Shown: positions 61,201 to 64,000 of the stretch, in pieces
How the letters are laid out: every line of letters starts with the position of its first letter
How positions within the stretch are numbered: the first letter of the stretch is position 1
From: a virus
Length of the DNA: 64,000 nt
Virus record (IMG/VR): IMGVR_UViG_3300031088_000759
Direction: 5' to 3' (one strand)
Notes under the pieces: model-generated
Told to the model about the DNA's origin: nothing
Database searches by the model: none
Seen by the model: the letters and a program-made list of their open reading frames with translations, nothing else
Translations under genes and position numbers: made by a program

Positions 61201-62205
61201 TCAGCTTCTTGCATCAAACCTAGTTCCTCTTTTGTCATGTTTAGCTCTAGTTTGTGCTCTTCTTTCAGAAGCTTTAATTTTTGCTTCTTTTCTCATTTCT
61301 TGAAATTCTTCTTTTGTTGGCATTTTCTGTAAGCTACGAACAGTGTTATAAACTTGGTTCTCATAAGATACGCTAACATAGTAATTTTCAAGAGCGTTAT
61401 AATAATTATTCTCTTGCTCCAAGAAATCATGATCTTCTGCTAAATCAGACTCGGATAATGATTTTTTCTTATCATTAAGCAATTTGTTCAGTTTTCGTCT
61501 TTCAGTTTCATATTCTTTATGAGATGTCTGGCTTTCAGTTGCTATTTCTACACGATTATAAAAACCACGGTTGAAATAATCTATCTGACTGTTAGAGTCA
61601 TCATAATTATAAGCATCATGGAGATTGGACACTCTTTCTGACAATTGCTTATATTCAGGCTTTAACTGAATACTATAAAAGTTTGGATCATATTCATGTG
61701 TTTCAGATATATCTCCCGCACCATATACAACAGTGTTAATAAATGAACCACCAGAATAATTATCTACGGTAACACTATATTTAAATCCATTAGGCAAGTA
61801 TCCACCAACAGTTGCTTCTTTTAAATCTTGACGAATTTTTTTCGCAATTTCACGGGTAGGTACATATTTGTTATCTTCAGATAGTTTAGAACCTACCCAA
61901 GCGTTTCCTCCATAACCTCCATCTTTTACAGCAATTCGAGAAGGTTCTTTATAATTGCTCGGTTTACTATTCATAATCTCAAGGTTTTTAGTTGGTGATT
62001 CTTTTTGAGGATTTTTAGTGCCACTTTTTAGAACTCTACTAGTTTCACCATATTGTTGTTGCATGCTTTTTTCAGCATAGTTTCTTGCTTCTTCTTTGTT
62101 ATTAAAGTGAGGTGGTTCTTGCCCATCAACAGCAAAGTCGCACTTAATTTTTGCTTTACAGATGTTAGGTCTACCTGATTCTGGGTTAACATGATATCTT
62201 GTCAT
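61201..62205 (-). CDS. HCCH-tag protein with an LPD29-like domain
   Basis: IAKKIRQDLK..KYSV..YSGGS..YNYDDS...DYF. Confidence 0.75.
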   Translation of the reverse strand: MTRYHVNPESGRPNICKAKIKCDFAVDGQEPPHFNNKEEARNYAEKSMQQQYGETSRVLKSGTKNPQKESPTKNLEIMNSKPSNYKEPSRIAVKDGGYGGNAWVGSKLSEDNKYVPTREIAKKIRQDLKEATVGGYLPNGFKYSVTVDNYSGGSFINTVVYGAGDISETHEYDPNFYSIQLKPEYKQLSERVSNLHDAYNYDDSNSQIDYFNRGFYNRVEIATESQTSHKEYETERRKLNKLLNDKKKSLSESDLAEDHDFLEQENNYYNALENYYVSVSYENQVYNTVRSLQKMPTKEEFQEMRKEAKIKASERRAQTRAKHDKRGTRFDARS

Positions 62206-62311
62206 TTTTTCTCCTAAATAAACATTAAGTACAATGATTTTCTAACTTAATTTTATAAAGATGAATTATAGAATTACACCGATATCACAAAATAAAGAAC
62301 TATACTGAAAT

Positions 62312-63103
62312 TCAAATTTTCAAGTTAATCCAAAGTTCACTCATTTTATTAACCCAATTCATTCCAGAATCGAAACTTTCGTTAGCGAAATACCAGGAAG
62401 ATGTTGCTGCTGTTCGGTAGTTTGCTGACCATTGAAGCAAATTGCTATTCATTGTTGAGTATTCATGTGCTTCGTCAAAAGCAAAATGAGCTAAATCCGT
62501 TCTACCATATTCATACAAATATGATACAAGTGATATAACTGCGAACTCCCATGGAGCGATTAAAGCACTCTCCCAGTCAATTAATTCTAAAGTTCCACTT
62601 TCTTCACGTACCCAATTTGCAGGTCTAGGGTCAGAATGGACTAAACCTAAAACATAATTTGAACAAGATGCAGCTGGCGGAAGAACATCTAGCAGAAATT
62701 TAGGATTCTGATCCATGTCAATTCGGTATTGAATTTTTTCCTGCATAGTGTTTCTGAAATCGTTCCAAGAAGGTACAATTTTCGCAACCTGATTATACTT
62801 ATTTGGAGATATATAGTGAACTTCCAGCATAACCCGCAGTGCTTCTCTTACAAAGCTTTCACGAACATCTTTAGCAGTTAGAGAGTTTCCTACTCTTTCT
62901 GATAAAACACTCACAGGTGGGCCAGGGAATAGTTCTGATTTACGGCCAAGAATAGTATTTACAGTGTGCTCTAAAACGATATTTGCTGAACTGTTGTTAT
63001 CACGTGCTCTTTTGTAAAAGACTGTTCCATCTGAGTATACTCGGTGATTAGAGTTAGAAATCAGCGGAAGCTGATTTAAATACTCGTAATTATATTTGTT
63101 CAA
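62312..63103 (-). CDS. APH/choline-kinase-like phosphotransferase
   Basis: HSDPRPANW, LIDWE. Confidence 0.8.
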   Translation of the reverse strand: MNKYNYEYLNQLPLISNSNHRVYSDGTVFYKRARDNNSSANIVLEHTVNTILGRKSELFPGPPVSVLSERVGNSLTAKDVRESFVREALRVMLEVHYISPNKYNQVAKIVPSWNDFRNTMQEKIQYRIDMDQNPKFLLDVLPPAASCSNYVLGLVHSDPRPANWVREESGTLELIDWESALIAPWEFAVISLVSYLYEYGRTDLAHFAFDEAHEYSTMNSNLLQWSANYRTAATSSWYFANESFDSGMNWVNKMSELWINLKI

Positions 63104-63339
63104 TTAAAAAACCTCTCCCATTTCTATTATGCTTGCTTCTAAAGTAGTTTTACAATTTTTTAAATAATACTTATGGTTATATATGAAGTACCTTATCAAA
63201 CAAAACAGAATAAATCAAGATTATTATGTGCTTGACTATTCTTGTCATGTTTGATATCCTATTCAAAATATGTTTGTTCATTGCTTACTCACTATCAGCA
63301 ACGAACATTAATCCATTTAAAAAAAGAGGAGACTGTCAA

Positions 63340-63789
63340 ATGGCACTTAAAGAAGCACTAAAAACAGACATGGTAAAAGCAATGAAAGCTAAAGAGAAAA
63401 TTCGATTGAGCACACTCCGAAGCGCTTTGTCCTCTATTACTGATGCCGAAACAAAAGGCAAAGAACGACGTGAATTAACGGATAGCGATGTTATTGCGGT
63501 TCTAAAGAAACTTGTGAAGACTCGTCGGGAATCTGCTGTTATTTACAAAGAGGCAGAAGCTTACGACCGATCTGAGGCAGAAAACACGGAAGCTGACATT
63601 CTTGAAGAGTACCTTCCACAGCAAAAATCAGAAGAAGAAGTAAGAGCTTTGGTGAATGAGATTATCGAAAATAATGGACTTGCAGAATCTGGTGCCAGAG
63701 GAATTGGTCAAGTCATGAAAGAACTCAAGAACAGAAATGATGTAGATTCTGCTTTGGCTTCAAAAATTGCTCGTGAGATTCTTCAGTAA
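63340..63789 (+). CDS. GatB/YqeY-domain protein
   Basis: LK..LK.DM..AMKAKEK..R...E..IL.EYLPQQ; GAGGAG RBS. Confidence 0.9.
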   Translation: MALKEALKTDMVKAMKAKEKIRLSTLRSALSSITDAETKGKERRELTDSDVIAVLKKLVKTRRESAVIYKEAEAYDRSEAENTEADILEEYLPQQKSEEEVRALVNEIIENNGLAESGARGIGQVMKELKNRNDVDSALASKIAREILQ

Positions 63790-64000
63790 TCTCACATAGC
63801 AAAACCAAGGATCTATAAAACTTTTAGCAAAGGAAAATATTTAATATGATTACAGGACTTTTGATAGGTGGTTTAGTAGGATTAATTACTTCTGTTCCTG
63901 CTGCTGTTGTTTACTCTAAAAAGACTCTAGAAAACGAAGAAAATATGATTGAGTCTCCTAGTTTAGTAAGAACATCATCAGCTACTGAACCTATCGTAAC

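Noticed and set aside
1-64000. CRISPR array
   Set aside because: No regularly spaced direct repeats; the recurring GGTTCGA motifs are T-loops

Overview
AT-rich segment of a large (probably jumbo) phage genome. The host is probably an actinobacterium (NucS, PASTA and G5-NlpC/P60 proteins, rrn-leader-like boxA), which is an inference. Almost everything is on the minus strand. About 0.3-30 kb is a very large RNA island: about 54 tRNA genes read by eye, many non-canonical tRNA-like and other structured RNAs (a probable GOLLD RNA, a 23S rRNA L11-site look-alike, duplicated pseudoknotted RNAs), homing endonucleases and small ORFs. About 30-64 kb holds repair and replication genes (nucS, SF2 helicase, sbcD, ligA, PIF1/RecD-like helicase, holA), a tnpB-only IS605-family element, envelope proteins, RNA repair/modification genes (Pnkp, TrmH, Thg1, YqeY) and NAD salvage genes (pnuC-nadR). 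Best leads: (1) two mini-NAD+-II-like riboswitches, one on pnuC-nadR and one on an unknown gene; (2) six unrelated proteins sharing an N-terminal H-C-C-H tag; (3) two strand-rewired tRNA-Arg genes; (4) a TnpB omegaRNA-only mini element splitting a tRNA-Met; (5) new-looking structured RNAs. All structures and family calls were made by eye with no searches, and ends may be off by a few bases.
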